63,891 bases of DNA, filler included, from Octopus bimaculoides (GCF_001194135.2; 5 parts of 5 records of this genome joined end to end with filler, not necessarily neighbours in it), one strand, 5' to 3'; positions 11,938 through 23,639 are shown, numbered from the whole stretch's first letter. The notes: generated from the letters alone by a model not told the origin. Numbers and translations are program-made.

Positions 11938-12381
11938 CTTCTCTTCTTCTTCTTAATCATTTTTGCCCCTTGTGGAGCATAGGGCCTCAACAGTTATTTT
12001 CCACTTTTTGCGGTCATTGGCGTGTTTCTTGGCTGCTTCCCATGTCAGGCCGGTAGTCCTGAGCTCGTCCAAAATGCTCCACTTCCATGTCTGCTTCGGG
12101 CGTCCTCGCTTCCTTTTCTCTTGCAGATTCCAGTTAAGTGCTTGTCGTGTCACATTTGAGGGTTCTTTCCGCAGTGTGTGTCCGATCCATCTCCATTTCC
12201 TTCGTCTAATCTGAACATGTATGGGCTCCTGGTTGGCCCTTTCCCACAGGTCGGTGTTTGGCACTCTGGCGAACCACTTCAGATGGAGGATCTGCCGGAG
12301 ACATTTGTTGATGAAGGTCTGGATCTTCTTGTAGTTGCTGCAGGTGGCTTACCATGTTTCAGAGCCATACAAAAGCACAGA
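11938..12381 (-). mobile_element. 5'-truncated RTE-clade LINE (C-terminus and tail)
   Basis: Minus frames LLYGSETW, IQTFINKCLRQILHLKW and RRKWRWIGHTLRK...KRKRGRPKQTW...RKKWK..VEALC are typical of RTE ORF ends; (GAA)-type tail; candidate 8-bp TSD TTTATCTT at 11930-11937 and 12382-12389. Confidence 0.9.
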
Positions 12382-12892
12382 TTTATCTTAGCCATCCCAA
12401 AATGATTAATCGAACCCAAAACGTGGAGCTATAAAGAGATGTTGAATAACAAAATCGATAGTGCATCACACAACTAAATAGCTTGGCAGAATTTAGCAGT
12501 GTCTTCGTATGTTCTGATATCAAATCCTGACGATGCCAAACTTTGTATTTTATTCTTTGGAGGACGATAAGCTATAGTATCAGCCGTGCACAAGGGTAAA
12601 CCTAAAGAACTGTTCCATACCACAAAATATTCAGCTATGCATCAATGTTAGTGATCATATATCAGGTTGATTATCATTGGTGCATGTATGTGGTAGCTCG
12701 ATCTGAAAAAAGCAGCAACAAAGTTACTCTGAAATTATATCGTACCCTTTTAAAAAAATTAAGGGTAAATTGGGAAGATATTTTTTCTCTACACACTCAA
12801 AGAAGTGAATCATCGAGGTTGGAGTGCTTTTGATCATAACTGGTTGATCAGGTTTGAGCTTCAGCCAAACAACGCCAGAATATTAGGTCGGT

Positions 12893-13150
12893 TAAGGCGG
12901 CAGGCTGGCAGAAACGTTAGCACGGCGGGCGAAATGCTTAGTGGTATTTCGTCTGCCGCTACGTGCCTTGCCTGGCGTGCTAATGATTTTTTTCTACTCT
13001 AGGCACAAGGCCCGAAGTTTTGGGGAAGGGGCCAGTCGATTAGATCGACCCCCAGCGCGCAACTTGTACTTAATTTATCGACCCCGAAAGGATGAAAGGC
13101 GAAATCGACCTCGGCGGAATTTGAACTCAAAACGTAAAGACAGACGGAGT
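12893..13150. mobile_element. SINE family B pieces: a plus-strand head abutting a minus-strand body
   Basis: AAGGCGGCAGGCTGGCAGAAACGTTAGCAC head, then AGGCACAAGGCCCGAAG...GGAATTTGAACTCAAAACGTAAAGACAG. Confidence 0.7.
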
Positions 13151-13770
13151 ACCACCTTGAAATTAGTCCATAATATCATCTCCCAACACAATTCTTCGCA
13201 CATGGTAAGATGTATGTTGCATTATCAAGAGCGTCAGGAAAAGAAAATATAAAAATATTAAACGAGATAAATGAAAAGGGTCCATTTACTGACAGTTGTG
13301 ACTGCCAAAAAATTCTACAGTGATGTGAGACATTCATAACTCTCTTTTAATTGAAATATATTTAAGTCTTCTTTTAATTACTAGGAAAGGGACACTAGAA
13401 ACACTTAAGACATCTATAAGTGAATATAATGAAACAATAATTTAGCAAAACTCAACTCTTCATATTGGTAAATGTAATTCCTTAATTCCCAGCAGAGCAT
13501 CTATTTTCTAATTCACTCAAGTGAAGATTCATGAACATTTTCCCTTGACAGTCTCATCTCTTTTCCAATTTTTATTATCATCTTTTTCAAATGTATCATG
13601 GATTATTTTACTGATTACAGAATAAACTATAACAGAGTCTTTGTTCAATTCATGAGCATATTGTTAATTTAGTTTATAATTTATGTATCATATCTATATG
13701 TGTATATAATATTAATATACGCAACACATATGCCAGCAGAAAACCGACCGGAGGGCGGTTTTTCTGCTAG
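13151..13770 (+). mobile_element. Helitron 3' end: RepHel helicase C-terminus, 3' hairpin and CTAG terminus
   Basis: TLKLV / HLPTQFFAHGKMYVALSRASGKENIKIL...KILQ* (stop 13321-13323) matches the Pif1-type motif VI region; terminal hairpin AGCAGAAAACCG/CGGTTTTTCTGCT (13735-13768) ending CTAG (13767-13770) followed by T. Confidence 0.85.
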
Positions 13771-13779
13771 TGTACTTAA

Positions 13780-14012
13780 TAATCGGTTCAAATTTTGGCA
13801 CAAGGCCAGCAAGTTTTAAAGGGAGAAGGAAGTCGATAACATCGATCCCCAAGATAGGACACAAATAGTACTTATTTTATCAACCCGCTCTCCCACCCAT
13901 CGAAAGGGAATAAAAAAACAAAGTCGACCTCAGCGGAGTTTGAACACATAACGTAAAGAGTTGGAATAAATGCCAGTAACCATTTTGTTCGGTGTACTAA
14001 TGAATCCGCCAA
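13780..14012 (-). mobile_element. SINE family B, degenerate
   Basis: GGTTCAAATTTTGGCACAAGGCCAGC...AAAGTCGACCTCAGCGGAGTTTGAAC. Confidence 0.7.
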
Positions 14013-14109
14013 CTCACAGCCTCCCACTGTATATTTAATAACATAATTTATATAAACGATAACAAAACACCTCAGTTATTACTTGAAGCAAAAATACTAC
14101 GAAGTATTA

Positions 14110-14472
14110 TGACACCTATTGACCTCCATATATCTAAATATATATGTTTTTGTTTACTCAGAATGTTTTTCGCTTGTATTTACTTTTTTCTAAATACAGA
14201 AGCTAAAATTGAAACGATACATACTAGATTATGTTTTGCATCATATTTTTAATAGTTATTTTTTTATTGTTTCACTTTTATTTAGTTATTTTTATTTCTA
14301 TTTCTTATTTATTTTTAATTTAGTTTTTTTTTCATTTTCATTTACTGATGATTCTGTAAATGGAAATGTAGAACACATCTCATGAAATTATATTCTCTTC
14401 TTAAGATACTTTCGAATTTTTTTCTTCCTTTTATTTCATTGAAACAGAAATAATTGTTTCATAATAATAATA

Positions 14473-14555
<83 letters not shown>

Positions 14556-14890
14556 CATTATTATTATTATTATTACTGTTGTTATTATTATTAGTATTAG
14601 TATTATGTTTTCATTGGTGGTGTTTCTTGTTTTATTTTTTTCGTTCTGTCTTGTTTTTGTCGTGGCTGTTTGTTATGATTTTTCTGGTTATTTTTTCCTG
14701 CCTTTTGTTCTTTCAGAAGCTAATTTTTGCCTTCAGCCGAACTTAGAGTACATTATACATTGACTAGACGTTGAAGAGGAAAAACTAAATAAAAACTAGC
14801 GAGTCAAAGGTGTCTCTAAACAGCAGCAACATCACAACGGTACAACATCCCCATCACCACCACATCCCCATCACCACCACAACAATCTGC
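14110..14890. repeat. Local tandem unit, copy 1 (blocks Z-A-B-C-D)
   Basis: Blocks TGACACCTATTGACCTCCATAT, GCTAAAATTGAAACGAT, ATTCTGTAAATGGAAATGTAGAACACATCTCATGAAAT, GAAGCTAATTTTTGCCTTCAGCCGAACTTAGAGTACATT and AAACAGCAGCAACATCAC, in the same order as copies 2-4; (ATT)n expansion at about 14470-14600. Confidence 0.8.
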
Positions 14891-15029
14891 GGTTGTAGCA
14901 CAACATATTACCATCTCTACAGAGAAGAAATTGCGGTTCTAGGCTGTTACAGCACCACAATATCATAATAAAACACTACTGCCACCACCACCAACAACAA
15001 CAACAACATCACTCTCTCCCAGCCAAAAC

Positions 15030-15232
15030 TGGAACCCTTGTCGTGTAGCTCCACCAATGACAGAAAATGCTGTAAATTCTTTTCGAAATCACACTCCTTC
15101 GTCTTAAATTGGAAAGGAGACATTAAACAACATTGTTTATCTGAAATACATTCGAAAGCATGGCCATGGCTGGAAGACTTTATCGTCGATCATCTTAATT
15201 GGGATTAACCTGAGTACTTACAATCACAACAT
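15030..15232 (+). mobile_element. Dispersed repeat family F (other copies at about 18235, 32850, 59240 and 60405)
   Basis: Shared AAATCACAC...GTCTTAAA...GG(C/T)CATGG..TGGAA..CTTT.ATC layout. Confidence 0.5.
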
Positions 15233-16430
15233 AAACAATGGCATGGCTTTGTGGTTAAGAAGTTCGCTTTCAAACCACGTGGTTTCCGGTTCAATTCCAC
15301 TGAGTTGTACCTTGAGTAAGTGTTTGCTACAATACCTTTGGGGCGATCAATGTCTTGTGAGAGAATCTGGTACGCAGAGACTCTGCTCTATGGAAGCCCG
15401 TCGTATATATATTTATAAATAAGTATACCGATCATATCAAGTGGCCAGCATGGGATAAAAACCTTATAGGTAATAATTATTATTAAAATTATAATTAAGG
15501 TATTTAAAAGATACCACCTTGCTAGATATAGCAGTCAAGTTTTGACTACTATCGCTAGCATGGTAGGATCTTTTAGATACGCTTCATTACAATATATATA
15601 TATTAATATATATATATATATATANNNNNNNNNNNNNNNNNNNNNNNNNNNNNNNNNNNNNNNNNNNNNNNNNNNNNNNNNNNNNNNNNNNNNNNNNNNN
15701 NNNNNNNNNNNNNNNNNNNNNNNNNNNNNNNNNNNNNNNNNNNNNNNNNNNNNNNNNNNNNNNNNNNNNNNNNNNNNNNNNNNNNNNNNNNNNNNNNNNN
15801 NNNNNNNNNNNNNNNNNNNNNNNNNNNNNNNNNNNNNNNNNNNNNNNNNNNNNNNNNNNNNNNNNNNNNNNNNNNNNNNNNNNNNNNNNNNNNNNNNNNN
15901 NNNNNNNNNNNNNNNNNNNNNNNNNNNNNNNNNNNNNNNNNNNNNNNNNNNNNNNNNNNNNNNNNNNNNNNNNNNNNNNNNNNNNNNNNNNNNNNNNNNN
16001 NNNNNNNNNNNNNNNNNNNNNNNNNNNNNNNNNNNNNNNNNNNNNNNNNNNNNNNNNNNNNNNNNNNNNNNNNNNNNNNNNNNNNNNNNNNNNNNNNNNN
16101 NNNNNNNNNNNNNNNNNNNNNNNNNNNNNNNNNNNNNNNNNNNNNNNNNNNNNNNNNNNNNNNNNNNNNNNNNNNNNNNNNNNNNNNNNNNNNNNNNNNN
16201 NNNNNNNNNNNNNNNNNNNNNNNNNNNNNNNNNNNNNNNNNNNNNNNNNNNNNNNNNNNNNNNNNNNNNNNNNNNNNNNNNNNNNNNNNNNNNNNNNNNN
16301 NNNNNNNNNNNNNNNNNNNNNNNNNNNNNNNNNNNNNNNNNNNNNNNNNNNNNNNNNNNNNNNNNNNNNNNNNNNNNNNNNNNNNNNNNNNNNNNNNNNN
16401 NNNNNNNNNNNNNNNNNNNNNNNNNNNNNN

Positions 16431-16678
16431 GTAAGCCTATTATTTATTCTATCGATCGCTTTTGTCGAACAGCTAATTTACGGGTATATAAACACACCAG
16501 CATCGATTGTCAGGCGATGGCAGGGACACAGTTTCCGTCTACCAAATCCACTCACAAGGCTTTGGTCGGCCCGAAGATATAATAGAAGACACTTACCTAA
16601 TGTGTCATGTAGCTGGACTGAACCCGGAACCATGTGGTAAGGGAGCAAACTTCTTACCACACAGCTACGCCTGTGCCT
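16431..16678 (-). mobile_element. SINE family C (tRNA head, CORE-like segment)
   Basis: TTTCCGTCTACCAAATCCACTCACAAGGCTTTGGTCGGCCCGA...GGACTGAACCCGGAACCATGTGG matches 54814-55205 and 59740-60161. Confidence 0.85.
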
Positions 16679-16739
16679 ACTTATTTAATTCTAAGATGTA
16701 AATGGTGATGGATATAGGCAGATGTGGAATAAGAGTGAT

Positions 16740-16764
16740 GGGTTAGGGTTAGGGTTAGGGTTAG
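16740..16764 (+). repeat. Short interstitial (TTAGGG)n tract
   Basis: GGGTTAGGGTTAGGGTTAGGGTTAG. Confidence 0.7.
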
Positions 16765-16963
16765 ATGTATCGTTAAGAAGATACGTATGCACACACATAT
16801 ACACATATTTATACATATACTTAGATAAATTATACATATAGAGACATACATATATACATGCAGAAACATATGTATACTCATATAAACATATAAACATATA
16901 CACAAACACAAACAAATATGCAGGCATATAAACATATACGCATATATATACATATATACACCC

Positions 16964-17038
<75 letters not shown>

Positions 17039-17272
17039 TACCGTATGTACTCGTATATAATTTACACCCCATTTTTTCAGTTAAAATCAAAACATCGAAT
17101 ATAAAATACTGTGGATAGTAAATACTATCATATATATATATATGAGAGTATTGTAGTTCGCTTGAAGCATTGTGTATTGTTTGTAAAGAATAAAAATTTT
17201 AGAATGGTACAACAATGCACTATAAAACAAAAAATGGACTATACACCTGTTGTAATTTGGTTATCTATAGTC

Positions 17273-17329
<57 letters not shown>

Positions 17330-17518
17330 TGCATGTATGTATGTATGTATTTATACACATACAGACACACACATACAACACACACACAAATATATATATA
17401 TGACAATATTTACTCGAGTATAAGTCGTACTATTTTATATCGGATGTATATAAACGTTACAAAAACAAAAAAACACCGCATCGATTTCTTAAAACACGAA
17501 TAACACAACATATAAATG

Positions 17519-17861
17519 TGACAACTATTGACTCCATGTTACATTTTATTATTTTATTTGCAATATTTCAATATATCTTATGTTTCTTAAGTTATTTCTT
17601 TGTCAATAATGAAACTAAAATTGAAACGATTCAAAGTTGATAGTTTTTAGTTTCGTATTTTGTAATTCGTTGTTTTATCTCTTCTTTATTTTTTCTTTCC
17701 TTGTTTTTGTTTTGTTTTGTTTTTTTTTCAATTTTCTCTTTATAGTTACTGTAAATTCTGTAAAAAGAAATGTTGAACACACTTTATGAAATCATATTTT
17801 CTTGTTTTCAGGCGAGATTCCAATTTACATTATTTATTTCTATTTTATCATCATAAAATAA

Positions 17862-17924
<63 letters not shown>

Positions 17925-18210
17925 CATATTGACAAAATGAATATTTTTTATATTTTATTTTTATTACATTATTTTATAATATATTGGTTTTGTTTTCTTT
18001 GTTTTTTTTTGTTTTTTTGTCGTTTCTTCTTTCATTAAATGAAGTTAATTTCTTTCTTCAACCAAACTTAGAGTACATTTTGTGTTGGCTGGACGTGGAA
18101 GAAACAGGAACACTGGCACACTAAAGAAAATGCTTCTAAAACAGCAACAACATCGCGACATCACAACATCGCAACATCGCAACATACCACCATCATCATC
18201 ACCACAATTA
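17519..18210. repeat. Local tandem unit, copy 2
   Basis: Blocks at 17519 (Z), 17611 (A), 17746 (B), 18040 (C) and 18138 (D), colinear with copy 1. Confidence 0.8.
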
Positions 18211-18416
18211 CGGCTTCCAACAAGAATGGGACCTTTATATGATATTTTGGGCTTGCTAGAAAAATGCAACGAAATTTAACAGAAATCACAGTACTGTCTT
18301 AATTGAACGAATTCTTTCAGTATCCAAAAAGCGTTTGGAACACCTTTGATTATAGTTCTGCTTGACCATGAGTTGAACGATGGAGTGTGCTTACATATTT
18401 CGTTTATTTTGTATAT

Positions 18417-18768
18417 AGGCACGCCTCTGTGGTTAAGAATCTTGTTGTGTAGCCACGGGTATGAGGATCAGTCCCACTGCAAGGCACCTTGGGCAAGTGT
18501 CTTCTACTAAAGTCTCAGTCTTTGTGTGAATTTTGTAGGCGGAAACTGTGTGGAAAACCGACGTGTATATATGAACATATACGGGTGTGTATGTACGTGT
18601 GTGTTTTGTGTTTACTTTTGTAGTTGACAGACAGTGCTGGTTTGTTTACGTGCTCGGCGAATCAGAACGGTAGGGTAATTACTGGGGTCGATTGGTCCGA
18701 CTAAACACATTGAGGTAGTGCCCCAGCATGACCGCAGTCAAATGGCTGAAACAAGAAAAAGAGAAGAG
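18417..18768 (+). mobile_element. SINE family C, degenerate full-length
   Basis: Head AGGCACGCCTCTGTGGTTAAG, CORE-like GGCACCTTGGGCAAGTGTCTTCTAC, tail GGCTGAAACAAGAAAAAG. Confidence 0.75.
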
Positions 18769-20286
18769 ATAGTAACTCTTATTTTCATTCAGACAAATAA
18801 GCTGTCTTGTGAATTTGTAAATAGCAGCCATTGCGAAAAGAGTTTTGAAAAAAATAAAATTTTTAAAAAAATTGTGTGAAATATAGCAAATTTTTTGAAT
18901 TGGAATAAAATTAGCAATCTGTTAAAGTTAATTCTTCTTCTTCTTCTTTTTCTTCTTCTTCTTCTTCTTCTTCTTCTTCTTCTTCTTCTTTCCTTCTTTT
19001 TCTTCTTCTTTTCCTTCTTCCTCTTCATTTACTTCTGCTTATTTTTTTACTTCATCTTTCTCTTCTTTTCCTTTTTTCTTCTTTCGCTTTTTCTCCTCCT
19101 TCATCTTCTTATTAATCTTCTTCATCTGTTTCCTTCCTCCTCCTCCTCCTCCTCCTTTTATTCTTCTTCTACCTCTTCTTTTCCTTCTTCCCCTTCATTT
19201 TTTTCCTCTTCTACTTCCTTTTCTTTTCCTTTTTTCTTCTTTCGCTATTTCTTCTCCTTAACTTCTTCATTTTCTTTCTTCTTCCTCTTTTTCTTCATCA
19301 TCACGATCATCATCACCATCATCATCTACNNNNNNNNNNNNNNNNNNNNNNNNNNNNNNNNNNNNNNNNNNNNNNNNNNNNNNNNNNNNNNNNNNNNNNN
19401 NNNNNNNNNNNNNNNNNNNNNNNNNNNNNNNNNNNNNNNNNNNNNNNNNNNNNNNNNNNNNNNNNNNNNNNNNNNNNNNNNNNNNNNNNNNNNNNNNNNN
19501 NNNNNNNNNNNNNNNNNNNNNNNNNNNNNNNNNNNNNNNNNNNNNNNNNNNNNNNNNNNNNNNNNNNNNNNNNNNNNNNNNNNNNNNNNNNNNNNNNNNN
19601 NNNNNNNNNNNNNNNNNNNNNNNNNNNNNNNNNNNNNNNNNNNNNNNNNNNNNNNNNNNNNNNNNNNNNNNNNNNNNNNNNNNNNNNNNNNNNNNNNNNN
19701 NNNNNNNNNNNNNNNNNNNNNNNNNNNNNNNNNNNNNNNNNNNNNNNNNNNNNNNNNNNNNNNNNNNNNNNNNNNNNNNNNNNNNNNNNNNNNNNNNNNN
19801 NNNNNNNNNNNNNNNNNNNNNNNNNNNNNNNNNNNNNNNNNNNNNNNNNNNNNNNNNNNNNNNNNNNNNNNNNNNNNNNNNNNNNNNNNNNNNNNNNNNN
19901 NNNNNNNNNNNNNNNNNNNNNNNNNNNNNNNNNNNNNNNNNNNNNNNNNNNNNNNNNNNNNNNNNNNNNNNNNNNNNNNNNNNNNNNNNNNNNNNNNNNN
20001 NNNNNNNNNNNNNNNNNNNNNNNNNNNNNNNNNNNNNNNNNNNNNNNNNNNNNNNNNNNNNNNNNNNNNNNNNNNNNNNNNNNNNNNNNNNNNNNNNNNN
20101 NNNNNNNNNNNNNNNNNNNNNNNNNNNNNNNNNNNNNNNNNNNNNNNNNNNNNNNNNNNNNNNNNNNNNNNNNNNNNNNNNNNNNNNNNNNNNNNNNNNN
20201 NNNNNNNNNNNNNNNNNNNNNNNNNNNNNNNNNNNNNNNNNNNNNNNNNNNNNNNNNNNNNNNNNNNNNNNNNNNNNNNNNNNNNN

Positions 20287-20350
<64 letters not shown>

Positions 20351-20750
20351 ATAGATAGATAGATAAATATGTGTATACGTACATATATGTTATATCCCCA
20401 GGTCGACCAATGCCTTGAGAGTGAATTTGGTAGACAGAAAAGTTCGGACACCCACCCCACGCGTGCGCGTGCGTATGTTTTTGCACGTGTCCTCACCACC
20501 GAGGGGCAGCCGGTGTTGCTTTGTTTACTTTCCGCTAAATTAGTCGTGAAATCTTGCATGCATTAATTTCAATCTTCCTTATCAATCACTGCATTGTTTT
20601 TTTCCAGGTACCAGGTAAAAAAAAATAAGCTCTGGGGTTGATATGCTCGACTAAAACCCTTCGAGGCGGTGCCCCAGCATGGCCGCAGACCAATGATTCT
20701 AAGAAGTAAAAGATGACAAATAAAATATATATTTATATGCAAGCTAGTCT

Positions 20751-20965
20751 AAGGCGGCGAGCGGACAGAATCGTTAGCATGCTGGTAAAAATGCCTAGCG
20801 GCGTTTCGTCTGTCTTTGCTTTCTGAGATCAAATTCCGCCTAGGGTGGCGTTGCCTTTCATCCTCTCGGAGTCGATAAAATAAGTACCAGTTGAGCTCTG
20901 GGGGTCGATGTACTTGACTGATCCCTACTCCCGAAATTGCTGGCCTTGTGCCATAATTTGAAACC
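20751..20965 (+). mobile_element. SINE family B
   Basis: AAGGCGGCGAGCGGACAGAATCGTTAGC...GTCGATAAAATAAGTACCAGTTGAG...GGCCTTGTGCCATAATTTGAAACC. Confidence 0.85.
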
Positions 20966-20980
20966 GATGTATCAGCTAGT

Positions 20981-21560
20981 AGTCTCAATATGTCTGAATT
21001 TACATTTCGTTTCTGTATTTCTGTATCTGTTCTTTTTTGTTTGTTCTGTATTTTTTTCTTTGTTAATAGAAAAACTAAAATTGGAACGATACACAATAAA
21101 GTGTCTTGTTTCGTTTCGTTTAGTTTTTGTTTCATTCTCGTTTTGTTCTTTTTTTTTTAAGTTTTTGTTTTTTTTCTCCTTTCAGCTATACTGAATAATA
21201 GAATTCTGAAAAATGAAATATAGAACACATTCTATGAAATCATATTTTATTTTTTTAAAGAGATTTTTCAATGTTTTTATTTTTAATCTTTTAATTTATT
21301 TTTTATATATTTATTTATTTGCTTAATATTTTTTGCCTTAATAAATTGATTGAAGAGTCGTCAGGTTTCTTTTTTTTTGTTTCGTGAAGTTTTACACCGT
21401 TACTGGGTTTTTTTATTTTTTGCTTTTGTTGTTTTTTTGGCTTCCCTGCTTATCTGCTTTGTTTTGTTTCGGATGAGTTTATTTGTCTTTTTTTTTTTAT
21501 ATATTTGTCTACGAAGTTAATTTCTTTCTCCCACTGAACACAGAAGTACATTGGAAATCG
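20981..21560. repeat. Local tandem unit, copy 3
   Basis: Blocks at 20981 (Z, weak), 21071 (A), 21201 (B) and 21512 (C); truncated by a (GAA)n array. Confidence 0.75.
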
Positions 21561-21561
21561 G

Positions 21562-22052
21562 GAAGAAGAAGAAGAAGAAGAAGAAGAAGAAGAAGAAGAA
21601 GAAGAAGAAGAAGAAGAAGAAGAAGAAGAAGAAGAAGNNNNNNNNNNNNNNNNNNNNNNNNNNNNNNNNNNNNNNNNNNNNNNNNNNNNNNNNNNNNNNN
21701 NNNNNNNNNNNNNNNNNNNNNNNNNNNNNNNNNNNNNNNNNNNNNNNNNNNNNNNNNNNNNNNNNNNNNNNNNNNNNNNNNNNNNNNNNNNNNNNNNNNN
21801 NNNNNNNNNNNNNNNNNNNNNNNNNNNNNNNNNNNNNNNNNNNNNNNNNNNNNNNNNNNNNNNNNNNNNNNNNNNNNNNNNNNNNNNNNNNNNNNNNNNN
21901 NNNNNNNNNNNNNNNNNNNNNNNNNNNNNNNNNNNNNNNNNNNNNNNNNNNNNNNNNNNNNNNNNNNNNNNNNNNNNNNNNNNNNNGAAGAAGAAGAAGA
22001 AGAAGAAGAAGAAGAAGAAGAAGAAGAAGAAGAAGAAGAAGAAGAAGAAGAA

Positions 22053-22082
<30 letters not shown>
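21562..22082. repeat. (GAA)n/(GAC)n microsatellite spanning an N gap
   Basis: Directly visible. Confidence 0.95.
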
Positions 22083-22093
<11 letters not shown>

Positions 22094-22239
22094 AGAAGAA
22101 GCGAATATTCTTCCCATGTCCGAGTGAATATAATTTTATGCGCATATATAACAGATGTTCGTTTGTCTCACATTTTCTTCAAGTAAGATTTCACATAAGA
22201 ATAGTTATCAGAGCTGAGTTGGTATGTTCTTCGGTTTTA

Positions 22240-23017
22240 TTCCTGTCGACCTCCACGGAATTTGAACTCAGAACTTAAACACGGACGACATGTCGCTAAG
22301 CATTATGTCCGGCGCAGTAACGATTTTGCCAGCTCGCCGACTTAAGTATATGCAGCATTGGTTTCGAATTTTGGCACAAGTTCAGAAATTTCAACTGGTG
22401 CGCATTTTATCAATTACCACAGGACGAAAGGCAAAGTCGAACTCGGTGGAACTTGAGATCAGAACGTAAGAACGGAGAAAATGCCGCTAAACACTTTGTC
22501 CGACGCAGTAACGATTCTACTAGCTCACGGCCCTACTTGAAACGAGGATTTCATGACTTATATTTGTCAGATAAACTCGTCCGTGTTTTTCTGCTAGGGA
22601 CTCCATCGTTGTATGTCTTAGAGAAGGTAAAATTTATCCAAATTTCAAAAACGACAAATAAAAGTTGTAGAGAAAGAATGAAGCTACAAATATAAAACAT
22701 TACGATAGAAACTTTTCTTGGTAATTCAAATAATATTGGAAAATATTAAAACAGAAGAAAGTAGAGAAAAAAACGAACGAATTTATTTGACGACCTAATA
22801 AATATCGGTTCCAAATTTTGGCAGAAGGCCAGCAATTTCTGGGGAAAAAGGTAAGTCGATTATATCGACCCCAATCTTCAAGTTATATTTAATCTACCCC
22901 CGAAAGCACTAAAGGAAAATTCTACCTAAGCGGAATTCGAACTCAGGACATAAAGCCGGGTGTAGTACTGTTAAGTACTTTAGTAGGTGCGTTAACGATT
23001 CTGCCAGCACGCCGCTT
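22240..23017 (-). mobile_element. Three degenerate SINE family B copies
   Basis: GGAA(T/C)T(T/C)GA..TCAG...AACGATT(C/T)T.C.AGC body repeated at about 22245, 22435 and 22925. Confidence 0.65.
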
Positions 23018-23037
23018 TTGGAAGCTATAACATATAT

Positions 23038-23550
23038 TTGACCTCCATATGTTTAAACTCATTATATTCTTTTTTTTTCCCCGGTATTTCAATATTTCTT
23101 TCGACCAAACAGAAACTAAAACTAGAACGACACATCGTGGATTATTTTTTATTTCATTTTTTTTTTATAACTCGTATTTTTTGCTAATTTTTTTAAACAA
23201 TATTTTTGCCTTCCAGTTATTGATAATTCTGTAAATGGAAATGTAGAGCATATTTTATGAAATTATATTTTCTTTTTCTTAACAGACATTCCAATCTATT
23301 TTTATGCTTTATTAGATTGACAGAATGAATTGGAGTTTTTAATATATTTTCATAGATATCTTTGTTTCCTTTATGTTTTTATTTTGCTTTTCTTTTTTGT
23401 CTGGTTTTTTTTTTTTTCGTCTTCCTGTCAATGAAGCTGATTCTACTTTCGCCAACCGAACGTAAAGTGCAGTTTAAGTTGGTTTGACACGAATGAGGAA
23501 GCCCTAATCAACCAAACACAGAGCAGACATCACACGCAGAACAATTACTA
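23038..23550. repeat. Local tandem unit, copy 4
   Basis: Blocks at 23038 (Z), 23112 (A), 23217 (B), 23431 (C) and 23512 (D). Confidence 0.8.
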
Positions 23551-23639
23551 TACATTGCTATACTATATTCTTCCTTAAACACTGATTTTCAAAAAGCGGG
23601 GCTTCTTTTTGAAATTTCAACGGCGTTTATTCACTCGTG

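Noticed and set aside
16740-16764. (TTAGGG)n as evidence of a chromosome end or fusion
   Set aside because: Only about four units, single orientation, amid other microsatellites.
17407-17427. TATTTACTCGAGTATAAGTCG resembling a Tigger-type TIR start
   Set aside because: No partner TIR or internal sequence found.
14340-23290. Reading the tandem units on the plus strand as membrane proteins with TGA=Trp (NUMT idea), or as terminal exons ending NVEHIL*
   Set aside because: TAA/TAG stops interrupt every copy, and there is no resemblance to a mitochondrial protein. The plus-strand acceptor is absent in copy 1, and copy 3 has stops. Kept only as an alternative to the minus-strand model.
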